Assembly: GCA_037447605.1 (NCBI GenBank)
Contig: CM074812.1
Span: forward strand, 2,170,001 to 2,234,000
Reading direction: 5' to 3'
DNA from: Zygnema circumcarinatum SAG 698-1b
Lineage: Eukaryota > Plantae > Zygnematophyceae
Length of the DNA: 64,000 nucleotides
The position numbers were made by a program, and so were the translations under genes. Position 1 is the first letter of the stretch. Each line of letters starts with the position of its first letter. The notes under the pieces are model-generated. The model saw only the letters and a program-made list of their open reading frames with translations. It was not told the origin of the DNA and ran no database searches. Shown one piece after another: positions 24,373 through 36,400 of the stretch.

Positions 24373-27300
24373 ATGGACGAAAGCTTGTATGACGAGTTCG
24401 GGAACTACATTGGCCCAGAGCTCTCCTCGTCGGACGAAGAGGAGGAAGAGATAGAGGAGGATCCCGGAGAGGCAGACGAGAGAGAGCGAGAGGGAGATAG
24501 AGACCTTCAGATACGCAGAGAGCTTGCGGGAGAGCGAGAGGGAGAGGGAGAGGGAGAGGAAGAGGGAGACGCCATGCAGATCGTCCTTGCTGAAGATAAG
24601 AAGTACTATCCCACTGCTGCAGAGGTCTACGGAGAGGAGGTAGAGGCCCTAGTGATGGACGAGGACGCGCAGCCTTTGGAAGAGCCCATAGTGAAGCCCT
24701 TCAGACCCAAAAAATATGAAGTCGCTACCAAAGGAGCCCTCCCTCTGCCATCAGTCGCCCTTCCCTTTGTCACAGGGCTCATGGCTAACCCTAATTTGGT
24801 CAGAAATGTGGCTCTGATTGGCCACCTCCATCACGGAAAGACCCTCTTCATGGACATGCTTGTGGAGCAGACGCATCCCCACATGGAAACCCTAAATCCG
24901 TTGAGCGAGCGGCACCTCCGTTTTACAGACACGCGCATAGATGAGCAGGAGCGCGGCATGAGCATAAAGGCGGTCCCCATGGCGCTCGTGCTGGAGGGGA
25001 CCGGCGGGAAGGCCCATCTTTGTAATATTTTCGACACGCCCGGGCACGTGAATTTTTCGGACGAGATGACCGCCGCGCTGCGATTGGCGGACGGCGCCGT
25101 GCTGGTCGTGGACGCGGTGGAGGGGGTCATGGTGAGGAAAAAAAAAATGAGGAAAGAAGGGATTGCAGAGAGAGAGAGAGAGAGGAAGCGAGAGAATCCT
25201 TTTGAATTTCGAAAGGCCAGCTTCATCTTGACATGCAAATTTCACTCCCTTCCCGAACTCTCATGATGCAGCAACCACTCAGTTTCTTGTCCGTTCCGTT
25301 GTTGTTGTACTGAAACAGGTGAATACGGAACGCGCAATAAAACACGCCCTCCAGGAGAGGCTGCCCATTGTGCTGGTCATCAATAAGGTGACACAAACAA
25401 TACAAAACTACAAAAAAAAAGGGGGGGCGGGACGAGATTGTAATGAAATTAGGCCATTAAAAAGAAAAATAAAAAAGCTTAAGTTTGAGGAGGGAGGACA
25501 AGGGGAGAAGGAGAGCTCTGACAGGCTCTCTTACTCTATGGAGCAGACCGTTTAGGGGAAAGAACAGCTGACTTAATTTTAATAATAATAATATCCAAAG
25601 GAATCAATGCCTCCTATTATTCTCTATTTCTTCGAATGGGAGGGAGGGAGGAAGGCGTGGGAGGGGAGGGGTGGGGAGGGTGGGAGGGGGCTTGGAGAGA
25701 GGGAGGGGGCGGGGAGGGAGAGGGAGGGGTAGGAGGGAGGGAGGGAAGCTGAGGGGCAGGAACGGAGGGAGAGGAGGGGAGGAAAAGGGAGCATAACTTC
25801 TTTAAGCCTTTCATAATATTATGGATTTCAGCATATGTAGATTTGTCAGGATTCTCAGTCGCTGCTTCGTATATCCCATCTTTCCTTCCTCTCCGTATCC
25901 GCTCACAATTATCCTCAAAGATACAAAGTCCTAAAAATCCTAAAAATCTTAAAAATCTTAAAAATCGGATGCCACCCTGAAAAGACCCCTACAGACCCTA
26001 AGAATCCTATACCCCCCCCCCCCCCCCCCCCCCCCCCCNNNNNNNNNNCCCCCCCCCCCCCCCCCCCCCAACCCCCAAAAACAGGTGGACCGACTGATTA
26101 CGGAACTGAAACTGCCTCCGTCCGACGCATATCACAAGCTTCGTCACACTCTCGAAGAAGTCAACACTCTCGTGCAGGCCTTCTCGCCAGGTGGCGACGT
26201 CCCATTGCTCGATCCGGTCAAAGGGAATGTCTGCTTTTCCAGTGCCTCTGCTGGATGGTCCTTCACTCTCTACTCCTTCGCGAAGCTCTATGTTGACCTT
26301 CACGGAGTTCCGTTCGACCCACATAGACTCGCTCAACGGTTGTGGGGAGATGTCTATTTCCATGCGGATACGAGAACTTTCAAACGGAAACCGCCACAGG
26401 GAGCGGCGGCAGAACGGTCCTTCGTTCAGTTCGTGTTGGAGCCTCTCTACAAGATTTACTCTCAGATAGTGGGAGAGCATAAAAGGAGTGTGGAGGTCAC
26501 TCTCTCTGAGTTGGGAGTAACCCTAAAACCCTCCGCTTATAAGCTGAATGTGAAGCCCTTATTGAAGATTGCATGTAGTGCTGTGTTCGGGTCTGCTTCC
26601 GGCTTTGTAGATATGCTTGTGAAGCATATTCCTTCTGCTAAGGAGGGGTCTGCTGTGAAGGTAGAGCATACCTATAGTGGCCCTCAAGACACGCCTTTAG
26701 CGGAAGCAATGTTGGGGTGTGCCTCTAGCGGGCCTCTCATGGTGCACATAACAAAGCTGTACCCAAAACCGGATTGCAGTGTGTTCGATGCCTTTGGAAG
26801 AGTCTTTTCTGGGACCCTAAGAACTGGTCAAACAGTTAGGGTTTTGGGAGAGGAGTATTCTCCGGACGATGAAGAGGATATGGCTGTGAAGGAAGTGACT
26901 AAGCTGTGGCTCTACCAGGCGAGGTACCGATTACCAGTTAGTGAAGCGCCAGCTGGCAGCTGGGTATTGGTGGAGGGAGTGGATGCATCTATCACGAAAA
27001 CTGCAACTCTATGTGATGAATTTCCGGACGTTGAAGATCCGCCACACATATTTAGACCGTTGAAGTTTAATACAATTTCGGTAGTGAAGACTGCTACGGA
27101 GCCCCTGAACCCTAGCGAGCTTCCTAAAATGGTAGAAGGTTTAAGAAAGATCAATAAAAGCTATCCGTTGGCAGTTACAAAGGTAGAGGAGTCGGGAGAG
27201 CATACGATTTTCGGGACAGGAGAACTGTTCTTGGACTCGGCTATGAAGGATTTGAGAGAGCTCTATTCGGAGGTGGAAGTGAAGGTGGGTTTGAGGGGGA

Positions 27301-28483
27301 GAGAGGGAGCGAGTGGAGGTGAGTGGAGGGAGGGAGGGAGGGAGGGAGGGAGGGAGGAGGGGAGAGGAGGGGAGAGGGAGGGAGAGGAGGGGAGAGGAGG
27401 GGAGAGGGAGGGAGAGGGAGGGAGAGGGAGGGAGAGGGAGGGAGGGAGGGAGGGAGTGGAGGGAGAGGAGGGGAGAGGGAGGGAGAGGAGGGGAGTGGAT
27501 AGTGGAGAGGAGAGGATAAAGGAGAGGATAAAGGAGAGGGACGGAGGGAGGGAGTGGAGGGAGAGGAGGGGAGAGGAGTGTAGGGGAGAGTAGAGAGGAG
27601 AGGAGAAGTGGCCCAAGCATTTTTTTTTTTTTTCCTCCTTATGGCTTCAACGATTGGCTCCGTCTTATTTTCGTTGATATCAAAATTCGGATCTCCTTAA
27701 CCTTTTTTTTCTTGCTTCCTTTCATTTTTTCTTCAATTCTAATGACGAATCAAAACTTGACAGGTGGCGGATCCGTCCGTCTGTTTCTGCGAAACTGTGG
27801 TGGAAACTTCCTCTTTGAAGTGCTTTGCGGAAACTCCGAACAAAAAAAACAAACTCACTATGGTTTGTCCTTATGTGGCTTCACCTCCCCATTTTTTTTT
27901 TGACCCAATGCTCAATATTTTTTTCATTTCCTTCAATGTATTGTCTGGAGGACCCGCCAAATCTCTTTCCCCCGCTCTGTCGTCCCCTCTCTCCCTTCTC
28001 CCTCTCCCTCCCTCTCCCTCCTCTCTCTCCCTTTCTCCCTCGCCCTCTCTCCCTTTCTTCCTTGTTCCCCTCTTTCCTTCTCCTTCTCCCTCCCTCTCCC
28101 TCCTCTCTCTCCCTTCCTCTCTCGCCCTCTCTCCCTTTCTTCCTTGCTCCTCTCTTTCCTTCTCCTTCTCCCTCCCTCTCCCTCCTCTCTCTCCCTTCCT
28201 CCCTCGCCCTCTCTCCCTTTCTTCCTTGCTCCCCTCTTTCCTTTTCCCTCTCCCACTCTCTCACCCTCTCTCCACCCCCTCCCCACTCCCTCACCCTCTT
28301 CCTCTCCCACTTTCTTTTTTGTGAGCAGATTGCTGAGCCTTTGGACCGCGGTTTGGCGGAAGATATCGAGAACGGAGTGGTGCGCTCTGATTGGCCGAGA
28401 CGAAAGCTTGGAGAATTTTTTCAGAGCAAATATGAATGGGACGTTTTGGCAGCGCGTTCTATTTGGGCGTTCGGACCTGACAA

Positions 28484-28525
<42 letters not shown>

Positions 28526-31500
28526 TTATAGCTCTAGTTCTCCTCCTTTTTGTATGTTCCACTTCGTTTTCTTCCATTTTGTATATTCCCACCTGATCTC
28601 ACTCTCATTTGTCTCTTTGCCCTTTCGTTTCTGTTCCATAGCTCTCCCTCTCTCACTCTCGCTCTCTCTCTCTCGCACTTTATTCGTGTGGGAGCAGGGT
28701 CCAAACGTGTTGCTGGACGATACTCTGCCGAGTGAAGTGGACAAGGGGCTTCTGAACGCTGTCCGAGACTCCATAGTGCAGGGGTGAGGGAGTCTCCCAC
28801 CTCTCCCTCTCTCTCCCTTTCCCTCCTTTCCCCTCTCCCTTCCCTCTCTTAGTCTCTCCCCTCTCTCTCCCTCTCCCTTTTCCCCAACTCCTTCCTCCCT
28901 CACTCCCTCCCGAACCCATCCGCCCTAACCTAAGCCCTTCACTTCCCTAAACCCTAACCCCACATCTGAACTTCAACCCCATCCTTCACATCCTATCTCT
29001 TGTGCCCCTCCCAAACCTAACCCACCCCCAAACCTTAACCCTTCCCCCAAACCCTAACCCTTGCCCCCTCCAAAACGAACCCACCCCCCAAACCTAACCC
29101 TTACCTCCCCCAAACCTAACCCACCCGCCAAACCTAACCCCATCCCTCCCCCAAACTTAACGCCATCCCTCCCCAAACCCAACCCGTCCCTCCCTTGCCT
29201 CCCCCCCAAACCTAACCCCAACCTTCCCCCAAACCTAACCCATACCTCCCTTGCCTCCCCCCCAAACCTAACCCCATCTCTCCCCCAAACCTAACCCTTG
29301 CCTCCCCCAAACCTAACCCCATGCCTCCCCCCCAATCCCTATCTTCCCCATTCCTCCCCCAAACCTAACCCCATCCCTCCCCTCCCCCTTTCCCNNNNNN
29401 NNNNGGAGGGTTGGAAAGGGGGGAGGGGAGAGGGGTAAGGGGAGGGGAGAGGGGTGGGGGGAGGGGGTAGGGCGGGGAAGAAGAGAATGGAGGAGAGAAA
29501 GGAGGGAAAGAGGGGGAGGAGAGAGAGGGGAGGGACGAGAGAGGGGAAGTTCCCTTTTCTCGGTTTCAGCTGGAATATTGAGATAAGATTGAAACCTGGA
29601 TGTTTCAAAATAGGAGCATTTGGCACTATCATATTACTATCGTTATTTATTTAGCTTTTTTTCGCGGGTGCAGATCCAAACGCCGGCGGATTGCATGTCT
29701 GCAATTTACACAGTGCTGTCACGTAGACGCGGTCACGTCACAGCTGATGTACCTAAGCCCGGAACTCCCGCTTACATAGTGAAGGTGAGTTCAAAATTAT
29801 AGAAATTATTCCTAAACCCTGAACCCTCATCTCTGTGCCCTAATTTAAACTTAGTTCTTTGATACCAAGACCCTAAATCCAATATTCTACACCCTAGACG
29901 GTAGATCCTAGGTCCTATACCCTACACCCTACAACCTAGATTCTATATGTCAGACCGTACACGCTAGGTCTTAGTACCTACGATATCACTACCCTACACC
30001 CTCCCCCCTGAACCCTGAACCCTAAACCCTCACCCCGTAACCCCTAAGCCCCTTAACTCCTTAACCTTAAACGTTAAACCCTAAATCCTAAACCCTTGAC
30101 CCCTCCCCCCTTCCCCCTCCCCCCTAAACCCTCACCCCTTAACCCCTAAGCCCCTTAACTCCTTAACCTTAAACGTTAAACTCTAAATCCTAAACCCTTG
30201 ACCCCTCCCCCCTCCTCCCTAAACCCTAAACCCTAAACCCTAAATCCTCACCCCTTGACCCCTAAGCCCCTTAACTCCTTAACCTTAAACGTTAAACCCT
30301 AAATCCTAAACCCTTGACCCCTCCCCCCTTCCCCTCCCCCCTAAACCCTCACCCCTTAACCCCTAAGCCCCTTAACTCCTTAACCTTAAACGTTAAACCC
30401 TAAATCCTAAACCCTTGACCCCTCCCCCCTTCCCCCCTCCCCCCTAAACCCTCACCCTTAACCCCTAAGCCCCTTAACTCCTTAACCTTAAACGTTAAAC
30501 CCTAAATCCTAAACCCTTGACCCTTCCCCCCTCCTCCCTAAACCCTAAACCTTAAACCCCACCCTCCCTCCCTCCCTCCCTCCCTCCCTCCCTCCCTCCC
30601 TCCCCTCCCTCCCCTCCCTCCCTCCCAGGCTTTCCTCCCCGCCATCGAGTCCTTCGGTTTCGAGACCGACCTCCGCTACCACACTCAGGGGCAGGCCTTC
30701 GCCCAGAGCGCCTTCGACCACTGGGCGGTCGCCCCCGGGGACCCCCTCGACAAGGGCGCCACTCTGCGCCCGCTTGAGCCCGCGCCGGTGCAGCACCTCG
30801 CAAGGGAGTTCATGGTCAAGACGAGGAGGAGGAAGGTGGGTGGGGGAGGGAGGGGTGGGTGGGTGGAGAGGGAGGGGTGGGTGGGGGGAAGGGAGGGGAG
30901 GTGGGGGGAGAGGGGTGGGTGGGGGAGGGAGGGGTGGGTGGGTGGGAGAGGGAGGGGTGGGTGGGGGAAGGGAGGGGAGGTGGGGGGAGAAGGGTGGGTG
31001 GGTGGGAGAGGGAGGGGTGGGTGGGTGGAAGAGGGAGGGGTGGGTGGGTGGAGAGGGAGGGGTGGGTGGGTGGGGGAAGGGAGGGGAGGTGGGGGGGAGG
31101 GGTGGGTGGGGGGAAGGGAGGGGAGGTGGGGGGAGAAGGGTGGGTGGGTGGAAGAGGGAGGGGTGGGTGGGTGGGGGGAGGGAGGGAGGTGGAGGGGGGG
31201 AGAGGGGTGGGTGGGTGGGAGAGGGAAGGGGTGGGTGGGGGAGGGAGGGAGGGAGGGAGGTGGGGGGAGAGGGGTGGGTGGGTGGGAGAGGGAGGGGTGG
31301 GTGGGTGGAGGGAGGGAGGGGAGGGGGGGAAGGGGTGGGTGGGTGGGGGAAGGGAGGGGAGGTGGGGGGGAGGGGGTGGGTGGGTGGGGGTTGCGAAGGG
31401 TGGGTGTTGGGGAGGGAGGGAGAGGGAGGTGGGTGGGGGGAGGGAGAGGGGGTGCGTGGGAGAGGCGTTGGGTGGGTGGGTGGGAGAGGGTATGGGTGGG

Positions 31501-31909
31501 TGGGGGGGATTGAGAGTCCCTTTTTTCCTTTCTCTCCCTCTCTCTCTTCCTCCGTGTCGTGTTCTTGCGCTCCCTCTCCCCCCCTCTCCCTGTCCTCTCC
31601 CTCCCCTTTGCCTCTCCTCCCTTTCCTCCCTCTCCTCGCCCACTTCGCTCTCTCCCATTTCCCTCCGTCTCCCTCTCTCTCTCTCCCACTTCCCTCCGTC
31701 TCTCTCACTCTCTCCCTCTCCCCTCTCTCTCTCTCTTTCTCGTCTCCCTCTCCCTCACATGCTGTTCTCCTTCCCAGAATCTGACATGTCATTTCATGCC
31801 ATATGTGGTGCAGGGCATGAGCGAGGATGTGAGCATCAACAAGTTCTTCGACGACCCAATGCTTCTCGAGTTGGCGCGCCAAGACACGGACTTGCAGCAA
31901 ATCTTGTAG
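24373..31909 (+). CDS. SNU114: U5 snRNP 116-kDa GTPase Snu114/EFTUD2; exons 24373-25131, 25319-25387, 26085-27284, 27764-27862, 28329-28487, 28698-28783, [missing exon in gap 29395-29404], 29674-29784, 30629-30835, 31814-31909
   Basis: [18 protein letters not shown]-terminus, G1 [22 protein letters not shown]|[62 protein letters not shown]|[25 protein letters not shown] junctions maintain frame on either side of the gap. Confidence 0.97.
29990..30560. repeat. ~120-bp tandem minisatellite built from telomere-like AAACCCT variants, in a SNU114 intron
   Basis: About 5 copies of cccctaagccccttaactccttaaccttaaacgttaaaccctaaatcctaaacccttgacccc. Confidence 0.85.
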
Positions 31910-31957
31910 CCCTAAAAATGGGAACAACATAAAAAAATGATTTTTTTTTTTTTTTTT

Positions 31958-32001
31958 CCGGCCGTAGTGTAGTGGTTCAACACACCTTTCTGTCACAGAG
32001 G
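31958..32001 (+). pseudogene. tRNA-Asp(GTC)-like 5' half (acceptor 5' strand, D arm, anticodon arm); no T arm
   Basis: CCGGCCG-TA-GTGT-AGTGGTTCA-ACAC-A-CCTTT-CTGTCAC-AGAGG: T8/A9, a paired D stem with GG in the loop, and a paired anticodon stem with CT-GTC-AC loop. No GTTCRA T loop follows. Confidence 0.45.
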
Positions 32002-33229
32002 AATAAAGAGATAAAATTTTCCTTACCACTTGGCTTTGAATATAACGCTGTGTCCTTATCCAGTCTCGTTCGCCTTCCCGCACAGCGCATGCGATCGGGG
32101 TGCACATACCATCCTTTTTTCCCAACTTTTGTGCTAATAGCAAAAAGACGTGTCGTTCGACCTATAAGGGACACACCACAAATGGTTCAAGACACCCAAA
32201 ATTTCCTGGGGTCTATTTACACACCACTTTGGGCTAGATAAACACATTTTTTTTGGCTAGATACAACCCGTTTTTCGCCGGTCAGATTTTACGGTTATAA
32301 TAATCCTACTAAAAAGGTGTGTGGTTAGCACAAAGGATGTGTAAATTATAGATTTCAAAATTGAAGTGAACACGATTCAAATACTTAGTGACACACCACA
32401 AATCTTACGGCACCAATCAAAAGACGTAGATTCATCTACCGCGGGCTGAGAACGCAACAGTGTTTGTCGTATTCGGCGGCTTTTTGGGCTTTTGGTCGGC
32501 GCAGCGGGCAACCTGGCTAGCGCCCCAAAAAAAAATATGGTTTCCGTTTTTTTTTCGTATCATTAAACTCCATTGGTATTCTGCCACGTGGACAAAAATG
32601 TCAAAAGACGTCCTGTGACTGGCTGATTTAAAATTTTGACGTCTGCCCAAAAAAATTGGTTTGTGTCTCCATTGCAAACTCAAAATCTCCATCATCAAAC
32701 CTCCACGTGGATATGTGTACTCGTGGCGCATTCCCATTGGATGATGCCTCTCTTTTTCCGCTTTGTTTTCCGCGCTTGTTGAAACTGCCCGCAAAAAAAT
32801 TGAGCTCAGTGACAGTATAAATGTCACGGAACTGGGCCCGAACTGAGCCACCATGGAACCTCTCCCCTTGGGGGATAATCCTCCCTTTTAGAGCCATTGA
32901 AAGCCTCCTGTCTATGAGGCCATGCCGGGCTTTGAAGGGGACGAGGGCGGGCTTGAAGTAGGGTTAGGAATTAGGGTTTAGCGGCCGCCATGGACTGCGA
33001 CTGACAGGTTAGATTAAGGGAAAAAGGTTATGTCGGCTGTCTGTTTCGGGAAGGTTCGTGGTGGGATTGTCGTGCAGGCTTCAGAGATGAAGAATTTAGG
33101 GTTCAGAATTTAGGGTTAGGGTCAGGGTTGGAGGGCTGGAGGGTTCAGGACTTCAGGCTTTCAAGAAGCGCCAGTGGTCAGGGTTCAGGGTCCCGTGCTT
33201 CAAGGGCTTTCGGGCAGCGCCAGTGGTTA

Positions 33230-33458
33230 GGGCTCAGGGCTCAGGGCTCGAGGTTCAGGGCTCAGGGCTCAGAGCTGAGGCTCAGGGCTCAGGGCTCAGG
33301 GCTCAGGGCTCAGGGCTCAGGGCTCAGGGCTCAGGGCTCAGGGCTCAGGGCTCAGGGTTCAGGGCTCAGGGCTCAGGGCTCAGGGCTCAGGGCTCAGGGC
33401 TCAGGGCTCAGGGCTCAGGGCTCAGGGCTCAGGGTTCAGGACTCAGGGTTCAGGGTTG
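33230..33458. repeat. (AGGGCTC)n heptamer array upstream of ATG2, grading from TTAGGG/TTCAGGG variants
   Basis: Directly visible; produces the RAQGSGL ORFs. Preceded by tttagggtt-type telomere-like units at 32960-33130. Confidence 0.9.
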
Positions 33459-33471
33459 AGGGCTTGGTGCG

Positions 33472-36400
33472 ATGTTCTCTCAGTGGGCGCTTCGGCGCGT
33501 GTCGCGGTTCGTGCTGCGGCGCGTGCTCGGGCGCGCTCTGCGGAGCGAGGCGGCGGCGCTGCGGCAGTTGGAGGTGCAGCTCTCGCTGGGGGGAGGCGCG
33601 CTCGAACTCAGGGGGCTGCCGCTCAGCGAGGCCTTCCTCAACGACCAGGTGAGGGGGAGAGAGAGGGAGAGAGGGAAGGGGGGGGGGGCAGAGAGAGAGG
33701 GGGAGGGGAGGGAGAGGGAGAGGGGGAAGGGGGGGAGAGGGGTAGGGAAAGGGAAAGGGGAAGGGAAAGGGGGAAGGGGAAGGGAGTGAAAGGGGGAGGG
33801 AGGGGGAGGGGGGGGGAGGGAGGGAAAGGGGGAGGGGGTGGGGAGAGGGAGAGGGGGAGAAAGAGAGGGGAGGGAGAGGGAGAGGGGAGGGAGAGGGAGG
33901 GAGAGGGAGAGAGGGAAGGGGGGGCAGAGAGAGAGGGGAGGGGGAGGGAGAGGGGAGGGAGGGGGACGAGGGAGAGGGGAGGGGGGGAGAGGGAGAGGGT
34001 GTGGGGGAGGGAGGGGGGGAGAGGAAGAGGGGAACGGAGGGAGAGGGAGAGGGAGAGGGGGTGGGGCAGAAGGAGACTCCTACTCGCTGAGTCTGACACT
34101 ATCCGTGTTCTACTGTTCTGACTGTCTGCATGTTGTATTGTTTGTTTTCCCCTTTATTCTTCTCTACAGTTGAAAAGCTCCAATTTCGTAGTGACATCTG
34201 GCTACATTGGACTGGTTCGAGCCAAAATTCCATGGAAAAACATTACGTCTCAGTCCTGTTCCGTAGAACTACACGATGTTAAGATTGTACTGAGCCCTCA
34301 ACATAGAACCTCGGAGAACGCTTCGTCCTTTGTTTCGCAGAAGCCGAAAGGTTCGAGCTCAAGCATGGAAGGAGAAGAAGCGGAAGGTTTTGGAGGGATG
34401 GAGGGAGAAGGGAGGAGCTATGGGAGGGTGGTGGGAGAGGGAGGGAGAGAATCTGTGTTTGGGAGTGGGACGGAGAGAGGGAGTGGGGGAGGAGGAGCTG
34501 CCGGTTACTTAGGAGTTGAGGATGGAGTAAGGGGAATCGCGAAATTGGTCGAGAAAATCTTATTGGGTTTGAAGGTAACGGTGGTAAACCTGGTAGTTCA
34601 GTTGGAAGCGGAATCGCCTTCTCCGTCGCCTGCGACGGAGGATCCGTTGGGCATGGAGAGAGAGTGTGAGAGTGAGAGGGAGAGGGAGAGGGAGAAGGAG
34701 AGGGAGAGCAACAGAAAGCCGGTCATGCTGATTTTGAGAATAGAGAGTTTAGAGTATGGAGGAAGTGGCAGTAGTCCGGTGGGAGAGAGCGGAAATAGAG
34801 GATATGAAAATGGGTCTGGATTGAAAGGATTTCTCAACGGAGAGGGCCCCCGAGGGGAATACATGGTGGCGAAAACCGTTACGTTCAACGGAGTCCATTT
34901 GGAGCTTGTTGACGGAGGGAGTAAAACCCACATGAAACACGTTCACGATGCCGCCATGGTGGGAGAGAGTGTGGGAGAGGAGGAAAGAGAGGATGAGTTT
35001 CCGAATGTAGAGATTCCTGCAAGCAGGAGTAGTCTGCTAAGGAGTACAGACGAGTCTATTAGGGGAAGTCTGCTCATCAACATTCCTTGGCGTGAAGGAA
35101 GAGGAATGCAGATGTCGAAAATTTCAATGGAATCTACTTTAAGTGGAATCAGTATTCATCTATATCCCCAAAATATTGAGTCTCTTCTCCTTCTCTTAGG
35201 TGCTGTCAAGAAGGGAGGAGGGGTTCAGTCTTTGTACAATAGTAGAGAGGGAGTAGCTTTCAGAAAGGAATGTTTGGATTCAGAGAATTTGAGTAATTTT
35301 GAGGGTACAGGAAGCTCATTTCTAGTAAATAAGGTGAAGGGAGGGAGCCAAAGCTGGGTGGGAGATTGGAGGAGGAGTGAGAGGGCTGTTCAAAAGGAGG
35401 CACAAGGGATGATGTTCGGTCGGAAGGAAGGCTCTCCCTCTCTCTCTGCAGAGAGAGAGGGAGAGACTCGAAGCTTTGTTCATATTGAATGTGGGGAGGA
35501 AGGTGCAAGTGATAGTCCTCGGGCTTTTCCAGTTACCCACTTTATGCCTAATTGGATGTATTGGGCTGGAAGTGATGGAGAAGGAGAGGATGAAGCTGCA
35601 GAAGGTGCAGAGGCAGACTTGGCAGCAAGGTCGCTCTCTCTCCCCCTCCCTCCCTATCTCTCCCCTTTTTTATTCTCTCTCGTCTCTCCCAACCTGTCCT
35701 CTCCCCCCTCCCTTTTCTCTCCTCATCTCTCTTCCGTTTCTCCAGTTTTGCCTCTCTCCGTTGCTCTCCCCTTCACCACTACGTTGCCCTTCCGCTTCTC
35801 TCGCTTTTTCCTCTCTTCTCTATAACCCCCCCCCCTTTGCCTCCTCCGTACTTCCACGCTCTCCTTCTACTCCTCGCGTCCATACTGTCTCCACTCTCTC
35901 TGTCCTTCCCCATACCCTTTTCACAAGCACAACCTGCAAAAAAGCCCTTCACATCATTTCATCGAGAACCTTTTGTTTTCTTGCACTGTCTTCAATTCAA
36001 TCTATAGTTCCGGGGATTCATTAAGGGTACATTCGATGGCATGGGCCAATCCGGGTTTGCCACGTTAGCACTTTTTTTCCTACGTGGAGGGCTCTGATTG
36101 GAGCATGCCTACGGGTACCCTCAATGGATTTCCACTCTCTTGCTAAGTCCGTCACACTCCTCCTTTCAAAGCATATGTATTCTATTCTCTAAAATTCCAC
36201 CTTTGTGGGTTTTCTCTCTTCCCCTCTGTCTTCTCCCTTCCCACTCTCTCTTTTCCCCCCTTCTCTTTCTCTCTCCCCCTCTCCCTCTCTCCCTGTCTCC
36301 CTCCTCCCCTCTCCCCCTCTTTCTCTCCCCTCCCACTCTCTCTCCCCCTCCTCCCCTCTCCCCCTCTTTCTCTCCCCCCTCTCTCTCTTCCCCTCCTCCC

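Noticed and set aside
30545-32143. Pro-rich or extensin-like minus-strand ORFs
   Set aside because: Antisense reading of GA-rich SNU114 intron sequence.
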